Source of the DNA: a virus
Lineage: Duplodnaviria > Caudoviricetes
Reading direction: 5' to 3' (one strand)
Virus record (IMG/VR): IMGVR_UViG_3300041413_000047
Location: 14,541-78,540 of that record
Length of the DNA stretch: 64,000 nucleotides
A program made the translations under genes and the position numbers. This document shows positions 17,886 through 26,475 of the stretch, piece after piece. Every line of letters starts with the position of its first letter. The first letter of the stretch is position 1. The notes under the pieces were generated by a model. The model made no database searches. It was given only the letters and a program-made list of their open reading frames with translations, and had not been told where the DNA came from.

Positions 17886-18214
17886 CGTGACGCCTCCAGC
17901 TCGAGGTGGCGGAGGGCGCGCGCCGTCTCGCATCCGGCGGGCCCGTCAACGCACTGCTCGCAGGTCGCGGCGTGCTGCGCGAGGGCGGCCGGGATGCGCT
18001 CGGCCGTGCACGGCCCGCAGGCGCGCGGGGAGACGGTGATGTGCCCGTCGGAGAGACTGATGCGGCGCTGCCCGAGGTCGACAGCCGTGTCCGTGCTGAT
18101 GGGTGTACGGCACCACACGCAGGCGGTGCCCTTGAACTGGACGTCCGTCATGTCGCCGTGGGGTGGCACCGGGAGTAGATCTCCCGGCCTGTGTGTGCTG
18201 GCTTTACTGGGCAT
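17882..18214 (-). CDS. Cys-rich (Zn-binding-like) protein
   Basis: CVWC, CGPC, HAATCEQC, GCETAR; divergent from the XRE gene at 18323. Confidence 0.65.
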   Translation of the reverse strand: MPSKASTHRPGDLLPVPPHGDMTDVQFKGTACVWCRTPISTDTAVDLGQRRISLSDGHITVSPRACGPCTAERIPAALAQHAATCEQCVDGPAGCETARALRHLELEASR

Positions 18215-18322
18215 AGCTGTCTCTCTCCCCGACCCGACTCGGTGTGATCGAGACAACATCGTGGACAGTCGGACAATCCCATCCGATACACACCGCGTAT
18301 CACTGCGGCGTATCGTCCCCGT

Positions 18323-19369
18323 ATGAGCGGTCAGCAACCCTGGGCAGACGTCCGACTACGCGCCGCATGGGCGCGCCAGGACTGGGCTGCCATCCTTCGC
18401 GAATACAGGCGCGCCACCGGCCTGTCCCAGCGAGGACTCGAACCCCTCATCGGGGTACCGCAGCCCTACATCTCCGCGATCGAGTCGGGTCGAAAGCGCG
18501 TCACGTCAGCCGAGCTGATCGCCCGCATGACTGAAGGGCTGAACGTGCCAGCAGAACTCACCGGGATACGCCTACAGCGCGAGCCGGACGAGTGGGCGCC
18601 CTCCACCGAACTGCGTGAACGCCTCGCCCACGCCCACCAGCGGGGCCGCACAGACCTGCGCACAGCCGACTGGATCGGCGTCGTCCTCTCCCAGCACCGG
18701 CGCGCCGAAGACGAAGTCGGCGGCCTCGACCTGTGGCCCATCGTCCGCGCCCAACTCGACCAAGTCACCGCGCTCATCCCCGGCACCAGCGGCCCGGCCG
18801 CCGACCGGCTCCTCCTCCTCGCCGCCGAACACGCGCACTGGCTGTCCTGGGTGGCCTGGCAGGAAGAGAAACGCGGGCCGGCACTCGCCTGGATCGACCT
18901 CGCCCACGGCTGGGCTGTCGACGGCGGACACCCCGACATGGCGTCGTGGACGCAGCGGGTGCGCGCGCACTACTCGCTCGAGCACGGCGACCCCGTCCGT
19001 GCGCTGCGTACGGCGGAAGGCGCCCGCTTCGCCGGACCCCGCCCACTGTCCCCAGCCGCCGAAGCCGTGGCGGTGCACCAGGAGGCGATGGCTGCGGCGA
19101 GGCTCGGGGAGCGGGACCGGGCGGTACGGCTCGCGGATGAGGCGCACGGTCTGGCGTTGCGGGCTCCGGATGAGGAGGAGCGGCCGGGCTGGCTGTACTG
19201 GCTGAATGCGGCGCGCGCCCGGTTGCAGGTGGCGGATGCGGCGTACGCGTGCCAGCGGTGGCGGGACGCGGCGGACGGCTTCCGGGAAGCACTGCCTGCG
19301 CTGGCCGGGTATCCGCGAGATCACGCCTACTACCGGGCGCGGATGGAGGATGCGGAGCGGCGCGCCTAG
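18323..19369 (+). CDS. XRE HTH regulator with TPR-like helical C-terminus
   Basis: LREYRRATGLSQRGL...QPYISAIESGRK N-terminus followed by long helical repeats. Confidence 0.85.
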   Translation: MSGQQPWADVRLRAAWARQDWAAILREYRRATGLSQRGLEPLIGVPQPYISAIESGRKRVTSAELIARMTEGLNVPAELTGIRLQREPDEWAPSTELRERLAHAHQRGRTDLRTADWIGVVLSQHRRAEDEVGGLDLWPIVRAQLDQVTALIPGTSGPAADRLLLLAAEHAHWLSWVAWQEEKRGPALAWIDLAHGWAVDGGHPDMASWTQRVRAHYSLEHGDPVRALRTAEGARFAGPRPLSPAAEAVAVHQEAMAAARLGERDRAVRLADEAHGLALRAPDEEERPGWLYWLNAARARLQVADAAYACQRWRDAADGFREALPALAGYPRDHAYYRARMEDAERRA

Positions 19370-19572
19370 TTGAGGAAGCGGATCGCGATGGGTTCGGCTC
19401 CGTCGAGCATGTCGCGCAGCGCGTTCTTCACGTCGGGGATCGCAGGCCCGTAGCTCGGGTCGGCCGGTGCCGGCAGGTCGATGATGTCCTCGCGTTTCTC
19501 GAGGTCGGCGGGTTCGTAGTCGTCGGGGCCGACACCGTCGGGCAGGACCATGTAGGCGACGCGGTATTCCAT
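19366..19572 (-). CDS. hypothetical protein
   Basis: Acidic 68-aa ORF with good codon bias. Confidence 0.6.
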   Translation of the reverse strand: MEYRVAYMVLPDGVGPDDYEPADLEKREDIIDLPAPADPSYGPAIPDVKNALRDMLDGAEPIAIRFLN

Positions 19573-19718
19573 GATCTACTCCCGGCAGTAGGGCGCCCCG
19601 GGCGTTCGGGGCCCGGGGCGACAGAGGCAGCATAGCCGGACTCGGCGGCGTCGGGGAGGACAGCAGATTGGCCACATCGCCGTGCGTTTCCGGGCCGTCG
19701 AATCGATATCCTGGCTGC

Positions 19719-19901
19719 ATGCCCCCCGACTCTGGCCCTGGTTCTGCGCGCCCTGCTGCCGTCGTGAATGCCGAGATCCGTGCGCTGTGGCTGCGGGCGG
19801 GCGGCAGGCTGTCGGAGGTGGAGCGGGCGGTGTACGCGCAGCTGGTCGTGGAGTGGGCGGCGGCGGTACGGGTGGAGACGGTGGGGGTAGACGCGGCGTG
19901 A
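19719..19901 (+). CDS. small Streptomyces-type hypothetical protein
   Basis: RPAAVVNAEIRALWLRAGGRL...LVVEWAAAVR; followed by a hairpin. Confidence 0.55.
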   Translation: MPPDSGPGSARPAAVVNAEIRALWLRAGGRLSEVERAVYAQLVVEWAAAVRVETVGVDAA

Positions 19902-19905
19902 CGCG

Positions 19906-19935
19906 CCGAAGCCCCGCGCGGCGGCGGGGCTTCGG
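19906..19935. terminator. hairpin terminator
   Basis: CCGAAGCCCCGC / GCGGGGCTTCGG, followed by TTT. Confidence 0.7.
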
Positions 19936-20101
19936 TTTCCTGCGGGCGGGGGCCAGAGTCCGCGTTCAGGCCGTGCTGCGGCAGCCTCGCCGGGTTCCGC
20001 CCCGTAGGGCTGGTCCGGCTCCCATCTCTGGGCACCCCTGCTATTTATGTGGGAGTCCTGCGGCGCGTACGCCTGCGTAGAGTGTAGCGCTGGCGCCCCG
20101 G

Positions 20102-20329
20102 CTACTTGCGGCGCGCGTTGTGCTCGTCTGCCTCGTCGGCGTTCCGGTACAGCCGGTCGGCCAGGTGACGCGCCATGTCTGCGGAGAGCGTCACTTCGAT
20201 GGGGCGCCCCGCCTGCGCTTCCGGGGCGTCCACGGTGAGGAAGATGGTCACGCGGTGCTCGCCGCCCGGGACCATGCGGGTCTTCATCCGTCGCCATGAT
20301 GCGGTCCATGTGGCCTTGCGCATGCTCAC
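20102..20329 (-). CDS. hypothetical protein
   Basis: Last gene of the 21598-20102 operon. Confidence 0.6.
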   Translation of the reverse strand: MSMRKATWTASWRRMKTRMVPGGEHRVTIFLTVDAPEAQAGRPIEVTLSADMARHLADRLYRNADEADEHNARRK

Positions 20330-20790
20330 TTGCCGTCCGCCTTGTTGAGCGCTGCCGCCTTCGTGTCGGCTTCCTCGCGGCTCGTGCGCGTGCCGACGTC
20401 AAGGTCCGTCCGGGTGTCGCGGATCGCGAAGTAGTTCGGCCCCAGCTCCACCACCACGTAGCGCTTGTTCAGGCGGCCACGAAGCCACGTGTGCGGGTCG
20501 ACCAAGAAGCGGGATGCCTCCGGGGTCTCCTGCGGTTCCGGGCGCTTCCAGCCGCCGTGCTCGTTCTTCTCCGGCAGTTCGTAGCCCTCCGGCAGACCGA
20601 CCTGCCACGGCTTCTCACCGGAGCCCTTGCAGATGGGTCCGTGAGGGTCTTGCGGAAGGGATCCCGTCGATCCGATCCGCCCCGCGTCCACGGCCTCGCG
20701 GTGCTTGCGCATGGTGCCGTCTTGGCGGAGCTTGCCCGCCCACTTGCAGCGGGGGCACGTGTCGTATCCGTCATCGGCGGTCGCGGTCAT
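20326..20790 (-). CDS. hypothetical protein with N-terminal zinc finger
   Basis: CPRC...MRKH...PICKGSG. Confidence 0.7.
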   Translation of the reverse strand: MTATADDGYDTCPRCKWAGKLRQDGTMRKHREAVDAGRIGSTGSLPQDPHGPICKGSGEKPWQVGLPEGYELPEKNEHGGWKRPEPQETPEASRFLVDPHTWLRGRLNKRYVVVELGPNYFAIRDTRTDLDVGTRTSREEADTKAAALNKADGK

Positions 20791-20802
20791 TTCGTTCTCC
20801 GT

Positions 20803-21192
20803 TCAGGCGGCTTGGGTGTAGAGGCGGCGGGCCATGGCGGCGAAGAACCGCTCACCCTCGCCGACGTTGGTGATCTCGGCGTCGACCATCTCGCCCAGCA
20901 GGTTGCACAGTTGCCACGGCGTCAGGCCGTTGCAGTGGGCGACGAGGACCGCGTCAGCGCGACCGCCGAGGATGTGCTTCTCGTAGGAGCACAGGGCGGG
21001 GAAAGCGGCGCGGAACAGGTCGGTGCGGGCTTCGCCGTACATGCCGTTGTAGTGGGTGGCCTCGGCGATGCAGTCGAGGATCATGCGGTGCATGTCGCTG
21101 CCCTTGAAGACGCGGCTGCCCCAACGGCGGGTACGGGTGCCGATACCGAGGTTCTTCCGCATGTCCTTCGCGAACTGCTGGCCCTTGGTCAT
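20803..21192 (-). CDS. hypothetical protein
   Basis: Good codon usage; operon context. Confidence 0.7.
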   Translation of the reverse strand: MTKGQQFAKDMRKNLGIGTRTRRWGSRVFKGSDMHRMILDCIAEATHYNGMYGEARTDLFRAAFPALCSYEKHILGGRADAVLVAHCNGLTPWQLCNLLGEMVDAEITNVGEGERFFAAMARRLYTQAA

Positions 21193-21193
21193 G

Positions 21194-21598
21194 TCACTTG
21201 CCCTTCGCGAAGTAGGCGAGCGGGTTCTCGTCGGAGATCAGCCACTCGTCGAACAGGTCGTCGCCGAGGCGCCGGTTCAGCTCGTCCATGATCCAGCCGC
21301 GCGTGAGGGCGAGTTCCTGAGTGCCGGGCTTGCCCTCGGTGGCCATCCACGCGAGGCACAGCACCTCGGTGCTCAGCTTGGCGGCCATCGCCCGCACCTT
21401 GGCCTCTGCCTGCTCGCGGACCGTGGCGGCGAGGGGTGCGACGGTCCAGCCGCGCGACTCAGCCTCGGCGCGGTCGATCCGGGTGTGGCGGTCACAGGCA
21501 TGCAGCGGGATGGAGCCTTCGCGCGTCATGACGTGGGTGGCGGGCTCGCGGCAGGCGTCCCAGCACTTCGTGAAGGTGCTCTTGGCGGTGGCGTTCAT
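21194..21598 (-). CDS. hypothetical protein
   Basis: MNATAKSTFTKCWDAC...HACDRH; RBS GGAGA. Confidence 0.65.
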   Translation of the reverse strand: MNATAKSTFTKCWDACREPATHVMTREGSIPLHACDRHTRIDRAEAESRGWTVAPLAATVREQAEAKVRAMAAKLSTEVLCLAWMATEGKPGTQELALTRGWIMDELNRRLGDDLFDEWLISDENPLAYFAKGK

Positions 21599-21618
21599 TT
21601 CGATCTCCCCTGCTCTCG

Positions 21619-21670
21619 GGTGGCTTGCCACCTCCAATATGACACACCCTTTGACGGGTGGCAAGCCACC
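21619..21670. promoter_or_regulatory. pair of palindromic operators GGTGGC-WW-GCCACC
   Basis: GGTGGCTTGCCACC (21619-21632) and GGTGGCAAGCCACC (21657-21670) in a divergent intergenic region. Confidence 0.7.
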
Positions 21671-21686
21671 TGTCACCATGGGGTTC

Positions 21687-21872
21687 ATGGCCAACATGCA
21701 CAAGCACCGACAGCGAGTCGTGCGCGGTATCCCAGACGAAGAGGTCGAGGCGTTCGACGCGGCAGCGCGGACGGGCGGAGGCGACCGATCCTCAGTCACC
21801 CGCGCCCTATGGGCGTGGTACTCCGGCCAGCCCGGCGCCGAACTACCCGACCGCCCCGAACCCCGGGCATGA
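21687..21872 (+). CDS. ribbon-helix-helix regulator
   Basis: QRVVRGIPDEEVEAFDAAA...DRSSVTRAL. Confidence 0.7.
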   Translation: MANMHKHRQRVVRGIPDEEVEAFDAAARTGGGDRSSVTRALWAWYSGQPGAELPDRPEPRA

Positions 21873-22082
21873 CGAAACACCCCTGCCGCCGCCCCGTGAA
21901 AGGGCAGCAGCAGGGGCGCACGCGTTGAGTCAGGCCTCGTCGTCGTCCACCGGCGGCGGGATGTCCGGCTCGCGGAACGGGCGGATCGACGGACGCGGGG
22001 CGAGAGGACGGGCAGGAGGTGCGGGTGCAGGCGATGGGGCGGGGCTCGGGGTACGGGCGGCAGGATCAGGCACGGCAGTCTC

Positions 22083-22769
22083 CTAGATGTACGTGAGGCG
22101 GCGCGGATCCAACGCGGCAGCCTGCGGCGGTGGACTATCGGACTCGCCCGGGTTCGGGGCGGCATCACGGCGGCACACCAGCACATTCGGATCCCAGTGC
22201 AGCGCCTGCCAACTGAACCCCTCCGGACACGACTCGCCGGCTGGACCCTGAGGGCCGACGTCGCCCGTGTCGCCCTTCTCCCCGCGCTCGCCCTGGGGAC
22301 CCGTCGCACCCGGTTCGCCCTGGACACCCTGAGGGCCAGACGGACCGACCGGACCCGACGGGCCGACAGGACCCGTTGCACCGACCTCACCAGGGACACC
22401 CGGCGCCCCGCTCGCGCCCGGACTGCCGTCGGCGCCGGCCACACCGCTCCGACCTGGAACCCCGGCCGCGCCCGACGGACCAACCAAGCCCGGCAACCCG
22501 GGATCGCCCTGCCGGCCAGGCTCCCCCGTCACCCCCACCCCCGGCGCGCCCGGCTCCCCGCGCGGACCCTCCATCGGCTTCCCGCCCAGATCACGCACCT
22601 GCTGCGCCAGCGTCCGGTTGTACTCCCGCTCCTCCCGCAAGTCGTGCGTCACGCCCTGCACCCACAGCGCCATCAGCGCCAAACCGGCCAGCCCGGCCAG
22701 CAGCAGCACCGCGAACGCCACATCCTTGCGCCGCTGCTGCTGCCGCCAACTCGCATGCCCGCCAGTCAC
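22083..22769 (-). CDS. membrane-anchored collagen-like protein
   Basis: N-terminal TM segment, short coiled coil, then a long Gly-X-Y tract (GPRGEPGAPG...GPQGPAGE) and C-terminal CP...C. Confidence 0.85.
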   Translation of the reverse strand: MTGGHASWRQQQRRKDVAFAVLLLAGLAGLALMALWVQGVTHDLREEREYNRTLAQQVRDLGGKPMEGPRGEPGAPGVGVTGEPGRQGDPGLPGLVGPSGAAGVPGRSGVAGADGSPGASGAPGVPGEVGATGPVGPSGPVGPSGPQGVQGEPGATGPQGERGEKGDTGDVGPQGPAGESCPEGFSWQALHWDPNVLVCRRDAAPNPGESDSPPPQAAALDPRRLTYI

Positions 22770-23113
22770 GTCCCGGCCCCCTGGCTCGTCAGATACAACG
22801 TCAGCAGCAGCATCAGCACCGGGGCGATCAGCGCCGAGAAGATCAGACGCCGGTCGGCGGCCCGACGGTCGGCGGCCTTCTGCTCCGCCTCCGCCTTGTC
22901 CTTGGCCTCCTTCGCCCGAGCTTCCTCGATCGCCTTGATCCGCTCATTCGCGAGACGCTCACGATCTAGCTGGGCGTCCTTCTCGTACTGGAAGCGCTCG
23001 ATCGACACCTTGCTGTCGAGCCGCCCGGCGACGTCGCGGAAGTCCTCCTTGAGGTCCTGGTGCACGGCCTCCAGGCGTCTGACGACCTCGCCGAGAGTCG
23101 GCTCGTCCGGCAT
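22766..23113 (-). CDS. coiled-coil protein with C-terminal TM (lysis-cassette membrane protein)
   Basis: LIFSALIAPVLMLLLTLYL at the C-terminus. Confidence 0.75.
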   Translation of the reverse strand: MPDEPTLGEVVRRLEAVHQDLKEDFRDVAGRLDSKVSIERFQYEKDAQLDRERLANERIKAIEEARAKEAKDKAEAEQKAADRRAADRRLIFSALIAPVLMLLLTLYLTSQGAGT

Positions 23114-23149
23114 GTAGTGCTCCCGTTCAGCCTGCCTGTCTTGACGGGC

Positions 23150-23182
23150 AGTGTGGCATCAGCGGATCGCCGAACGTTCCGG
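23150..23182 (-). promoter_or_regulatory. late-type promoter CCGGAA-N21-CACACT
   Basis: Same spacing as the other copies; upstream of gene 23113. Confidence 0.65.
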
Positions 23183-23251
23183 ACAGTTGCGGCTTGACAC
23201 CCGAATGCATAATGAATTTCAGCCGACCGGCCAACTGAATGGACGCCTGTC

Positions 23252-23500
23252 ATGCAGGAAACCGCCCGCCGCCCCGGACGCCCCCGCAGCCCACAAGTCG
23301 CCGCCCGCGACGAACACATCTACCAACTCATCGCCCAAGGCACCGCATCCCGCAGCGCCCTCGCCGAGGCGACTGGCTTGGACCGACCAACCATCGCTCT
23401 CTGCGTCCAGCGGCTCAAACGGGCGGATCGAATCAAGCCCTGCCACGGCACGAACGGGGCCGCAGTATGGGTCGTCGCCGACGGCACCCCCTGCCCTTGA
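23252..23500 (+). CDS. winged-helix DNA-binding protein
   Basis: RGRP-like PGRPR; IYQLIAQG..SRSALAEATGLDRPTIALCVQRL. Confidence 0.75.
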   Translation: MQETARRPGRPRSPQVAARDEHIYQLIAQGTASRSALAEATGLDRPTIALCVQRLKRADRIKPCHGTNGAAVWVVADGTPCP

Positions 23501-23509
23501 GGACTTCAG

Positions 23510-23797
23510 ATGAGCGCCCTGGGATTCAACCGGTACCTCCTGCAATGCGACGGCTGCAAGGCTCGCCATGGTGAGCCGAACGGCCACAACTCCGCACACG
23601 AGGCACGCATCGCGGCGTACGTCGACGGCTGGCGTTACCCGGCCATGATCAAGTCGGACGGCAGTATCGGCACGAAAACTTCAGATGTGTGCCCTGACTG
23701 CATGCCCACGTGGGAGCCACAGCGATGGCGGGAGCGGGACAAGTCCCGCCAACTGCATCAGCATGAGGCGCCTACTGCCGAGGGGGCGGCACCGTGA
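23510..23797 (+). CDS. Zn-ribbon hypothetical protein
   Basis: CDGC...VCPDC. Confidence 0.65.
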   Translation: MSALGFNRYLLQCDGCKARHGEPNGHNSAHEARIAAYVDGWRYPAMIKSDGSIGTKTSDVCPDCMPTWEPQRWRERDKSRQLHQHEAPTAEGAAP

Positions 23798-24186
23798 GCA
23801 TCGTCGAGTACTTCTCCGCAGACGACGTCGCCTGGCAGACCAACGCACCCTGCGCCACCGCCGACTTCGACTTCATCCCCGACACCGAAACCGACACCGA
23901 AGCCGCCGAAGCCGAACAACGCTGGTGCCGCACCTGCCCCGCCCGCACCCGCTGCCTCGCCTGGGCCATGCTCCACGGCGCCGAAGGCTACTGGGCAGGC
24001 ACCACCACCTACCAGCGGAAACAACTGCTCCGAGTACGGACCCGGGCGAAGTGCCCGCTCTGCCTGTCGACGCAGCTCGTGTACGCGGACCCGCACGAAC
24101 TGTGCCTCGCCTGCGGAATCTCCTGGATCCGCGACGTGCGGGAGGAGCCGATCGCAGCTACGCCGCTACCCGCGAACGCGGCGTAG
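23794..24186 (+). CDS. second WhiB-family protein, with C-terminal Zn ribbon
   Basis: AWQTNAPC...WCRTCPARTRCL..AM..GAEGYWAG; then CPLC...CLAC. Confidence 0.82.
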   Translation: MSIVEYFSADDVAWQTNAPCATADFDFIPDTETDTEAAEAEQRWCRTCPARTRCLAWAMLHGAEGYWAGTTTYQRKQLLRVRTRAKCPLCLSTQLVYADPHELCLACGISWIRDVREEPIAATPLPANAA

Positions 24187-25204
24187 CCTGCTGCGTCTCG
24201 TACGCCCTCTGCCACGCATCCACCCAGCGCCAGCTGTGGTCCCGCAAACGGAGCTGCTCCGCCACCGCGCGGCCCGCCTCGCTCATCTCCTGCCGCAGCG
24301 CCGCCGACTCCCGCAGCCGCCGCAACTCCCGATACCAAGTCCGCGGACGGTCAGCGAGGAGCCCGGCACCCATCTCGTGCAGCTTGCGGTACTCGGCCCG
24401 CGGCGACGCCACCCACGGCACACCGCACGCTGACATCTCCAAAATTTTGAGCCACGACTTCGCGGCATTGAAGCGTGTATCCGCCAACGGCGCGATCCCA
24501 ATCCCCAGCGAAGCCACCGACCGCGGCCACTCCTCGAGCGGCACCCCGCCACCCACCGGATCCTGCGCCAGCCCGAACGCCCGGCCCGCGCCCGCGCTGT
24601 CGCCGCGCATCACGAACTGCGCGCCCTCGTCGACCAGCCGGGCCACCGCACCCCCGACAGGATCAGCATCGTTCGGATGCGAATGGAACGACGCCGGCCA
24701 GCCGACCACATCCGAGTCCTGCCGCTCGAGCCCGTAGTACATGTCCGGCAGATAGTTCGGCAGCACGTGGCCGCGACCGTGCCGGGCGTACACGTCGAGG
24801 AGCGCCGGCGTGGACGCCGTCACCAGCGTCGCCTCCCGGCATGCCAGCGCGAGGTTGTGCCACGAGTGCGGGCCGCCGCCCGGCCGGTGTACGGCCCACG
24901 CCGGGTTCGACGGGTGGATGGCGGACAGGTCGTCGTCGACATCGACGACCACGGCGATGCCCTTCGCCCGCATGACGGCAACGGCCTGCGCCAAGTAGGC
25001 GTGCGTAACCCGCTGGAGTACGACGACGTCGGCGTCGACGAGGACGTCCTTGACGGTGCCGCCGTCCATGACGAGCTGTACACGCCGGTCCCGCTGCCGT
25101 ACGACCGTGACGTCATGTCCGGCGGCGGCGCAGTGCTCGCCGGGCCAGATCGCCCGGAACGAGCCGCAGCCGTGTTCGTCGCTGGGATATACGAGGGTCT
25201 TCAC
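24158..25204 (-). CDS. glycosyltransferase (GT-B, GT4-like)
   Basis: GCGSFR, VVVLQR, VVDVDDDL, GIGIAPLADTRFNAAKSWLKILEMSACGVPWVAS. Confidence 0.88.
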   Translation of the reverse strand: MKTLVYPSDEHGCGSFRAIWPGEHCAAAGHDVTVVRQRDRRVQLVMDGGTVKDVLVDADVVVLQRVTHAYLAQAVAVMRAKGIAVVVDVDDDLSAIHPSNPAWAVHRPGGGPHSWHNLALACREATLVTASTPALLDVYARHGRGHVLPNYLPDMYYGLERQDSDVVGWPASFHSHPNDADPVGGAVARLVDEGAQFVMRGDSAGAGRAFGLAQDPVGGGVPLEEWPRSVASLGIGIAPLADTRFNAAKSWLKILEMSACGVPWVASPRAEYRKLHEMGAGLLADRPRTWYRELRRLRESAALRQEMSEAGRAVAEQLRLRDHSWRWVDAWQRAYETQQATPRSRVAA

Positions 25205-25211
25205 GTCCGGG

Positions 25212-25244
25212 ACAGTAGGAGCCGACCGCCGGAGATCATTCCGG
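25212..25244 (-). promoter_or_regulatory. late-type promoter CCGGAATGATCT-N15-TACTGT (leaderless GT4)
   Basis: The -10 element is 7 nt before the GTG start. Confidence 0.75.
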
Positions 25245-25520
25245 GGTTGTGGTCTTGCGGGCTGTGCGCCGGGTGGCTGGGCGCTCCTCCTGATCCGTTC
25301 GCCCCGCCGCCTTCTCCAGCGTGTCGATGCGGGCGCTCAGCCTGCTGATGGTGGTTGCCGCGTGGTGGAGGTGCTCGTGCAGGTCGGTGATCTGCTGCTG
25401 CATCTGCTCGGCGGTCGGCGTCGAATCGCCGTCCGCCTGCACGCCCTTGGGGGTGCCGAGGAGTGCGGCGACTTCCTCGCGGGCGATGACACGCATCCGG
25501 CTGTCCAGCGGGCTGCTCAT
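25236..25520 (-). CDS. coiled-coil hypothetical protein
   Basis: ATGA-coupled to the holin. Confidence 0.65.
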   Translation of the reverse strand: MSSPLDSRMRVIAREEVAALLGTPKGVQADGDSTPTAEQMQQQITDLHEHLHHAATTISRLSARIDTLEKAAGRTDQEERPATRRTARKTTTPE

Positions 25521-25720
25521 GCGTCCGCCTCCCCGCTGGCCGCAGCGCCCTTGTTGGGGACGGCCCATGTGGCGACGGCGGCGGTGACGACCGCGATGGC
25601 GATCGTCGACGCTTCCGCCGAGGTGATGGTGTCGTCGTTCAGGGCGGTCGCCAGGGCTCCGCTGCCGGTCGCGACGGTGGCGACGACCGCCTTCCAGTAC
25701 TTCGAGACCTTCATGGTCAT
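25517..25720 (-). CDS. holin
   Basis: Two-TM 67-aa protein, KYWKAVVA...WAVPN, directly after the endolysin. Confidence 0.8.
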   Translation of the reverse strand: MTMKVSKYWKAVVATVATGSGALATALNDDTITSAEASTIAIAVVTAAVATWAVPNKGAAASGEADA

Positions 25721-26475
25721 ACTCCCTTTTCCAGCGCGGTGACGCGCTTCTCCAGAGCGGATAGCCGCTCCTCCGTCGTGGGTGGTTTCGGCTTCGGGAC
25801 GGGCGGCACAGGCGCGCTCGGCGACCACGACGCCGCGTGCTTCAACCGCTCGGTAACGTCCACGCGGAACTGCCTGCCGGTGTAGGTGAAGAGGCCTCGC
25901 GTGCCGTACCCCTCGACGGGACCCTTGGGATCGATCTTCCCCTCGATGCTCGTCTCCTTGTGGTCGCCGCACGAGTTGGCGGACCACCCGTACTCGCGGC
26001 AGAACGCGGCGTTGATCCGCACCCACGCGTCGTACTGCACCCGCGTGTAGGTGTCCTTGCCGTTGCCGAGGTTCTCGGTCTCGATGCCGTACGCGACGTC
26101 GTTTCCGTCGACTGTGCCGGAGGCCTTCGATGGGGACGGGTGTACGGGCTCCTCGTTGAGGAACGAGGTGTATGCGTTCACGGCCATCAGCCCGGCGTGG
26201 TTTGCCCGGCCCGCGCTGCACAGAGTGGCCAGCCCAGACTTCGCGAGATGGATGTGGGCGAGCGGACCGGGCAGCCCGGCTACGCCGTTCTTCGCCACCG
26301 TGGCCAGCGAGTTGGAACCTGCGGTGTGGTGGTTCAGCACCATGTGCACGGGGCCGAAAGTCTTGCCGGTCTCGTCGTCGCGCTCGCGCGTGCGCCATCC
26401 CGGATACTCGGCGACCTTCACACCCTCGGCGCGCAGCACGATGAGCAGTCGGTCCGGCGACAGTGGTACGGCCAT
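25717..26475 (-). CDS. endolysin, N-acetylmuramoyl-L-alanine amidase (Amidase_2)
   Basis: LNHHTAG, GPLAH, GRANHAG, GIETEN, DHKE and KIDP. Confidence 0.92.
   Translation of the reverse strand: MAVPLSPDRLLIVLRAEGVKVAEYPGWRTRERDDETGKTFGPVHMVLNHHTAGSNSLATVAKNGVAGLPGPLAHIHLAKSGLATLCSAGRANHAGLMAVNAYTSFLNEEPVHPSPSKASGTVDGNDVAYGIETENLGNGKDTYTRVQYDAWVRINAAFCREYGWSANSCGDHKETSIEGKIDPKGPVEGYGTRGLFTYTGRQFRVDVTERLKHAASWSPSAPVPPVPKPKPPTTEERLSALEKRVTALEKGV

Noticed and set aside
22200-22570. Nucleotide-level periodicity
   Set aside because: A by-product of Gly-X-Y collagen coding.
25712-25720. Holin dual-start motif (MTMK)
   Set aside because: No charged residue between the two Met codons as in lambda S, and no other support.
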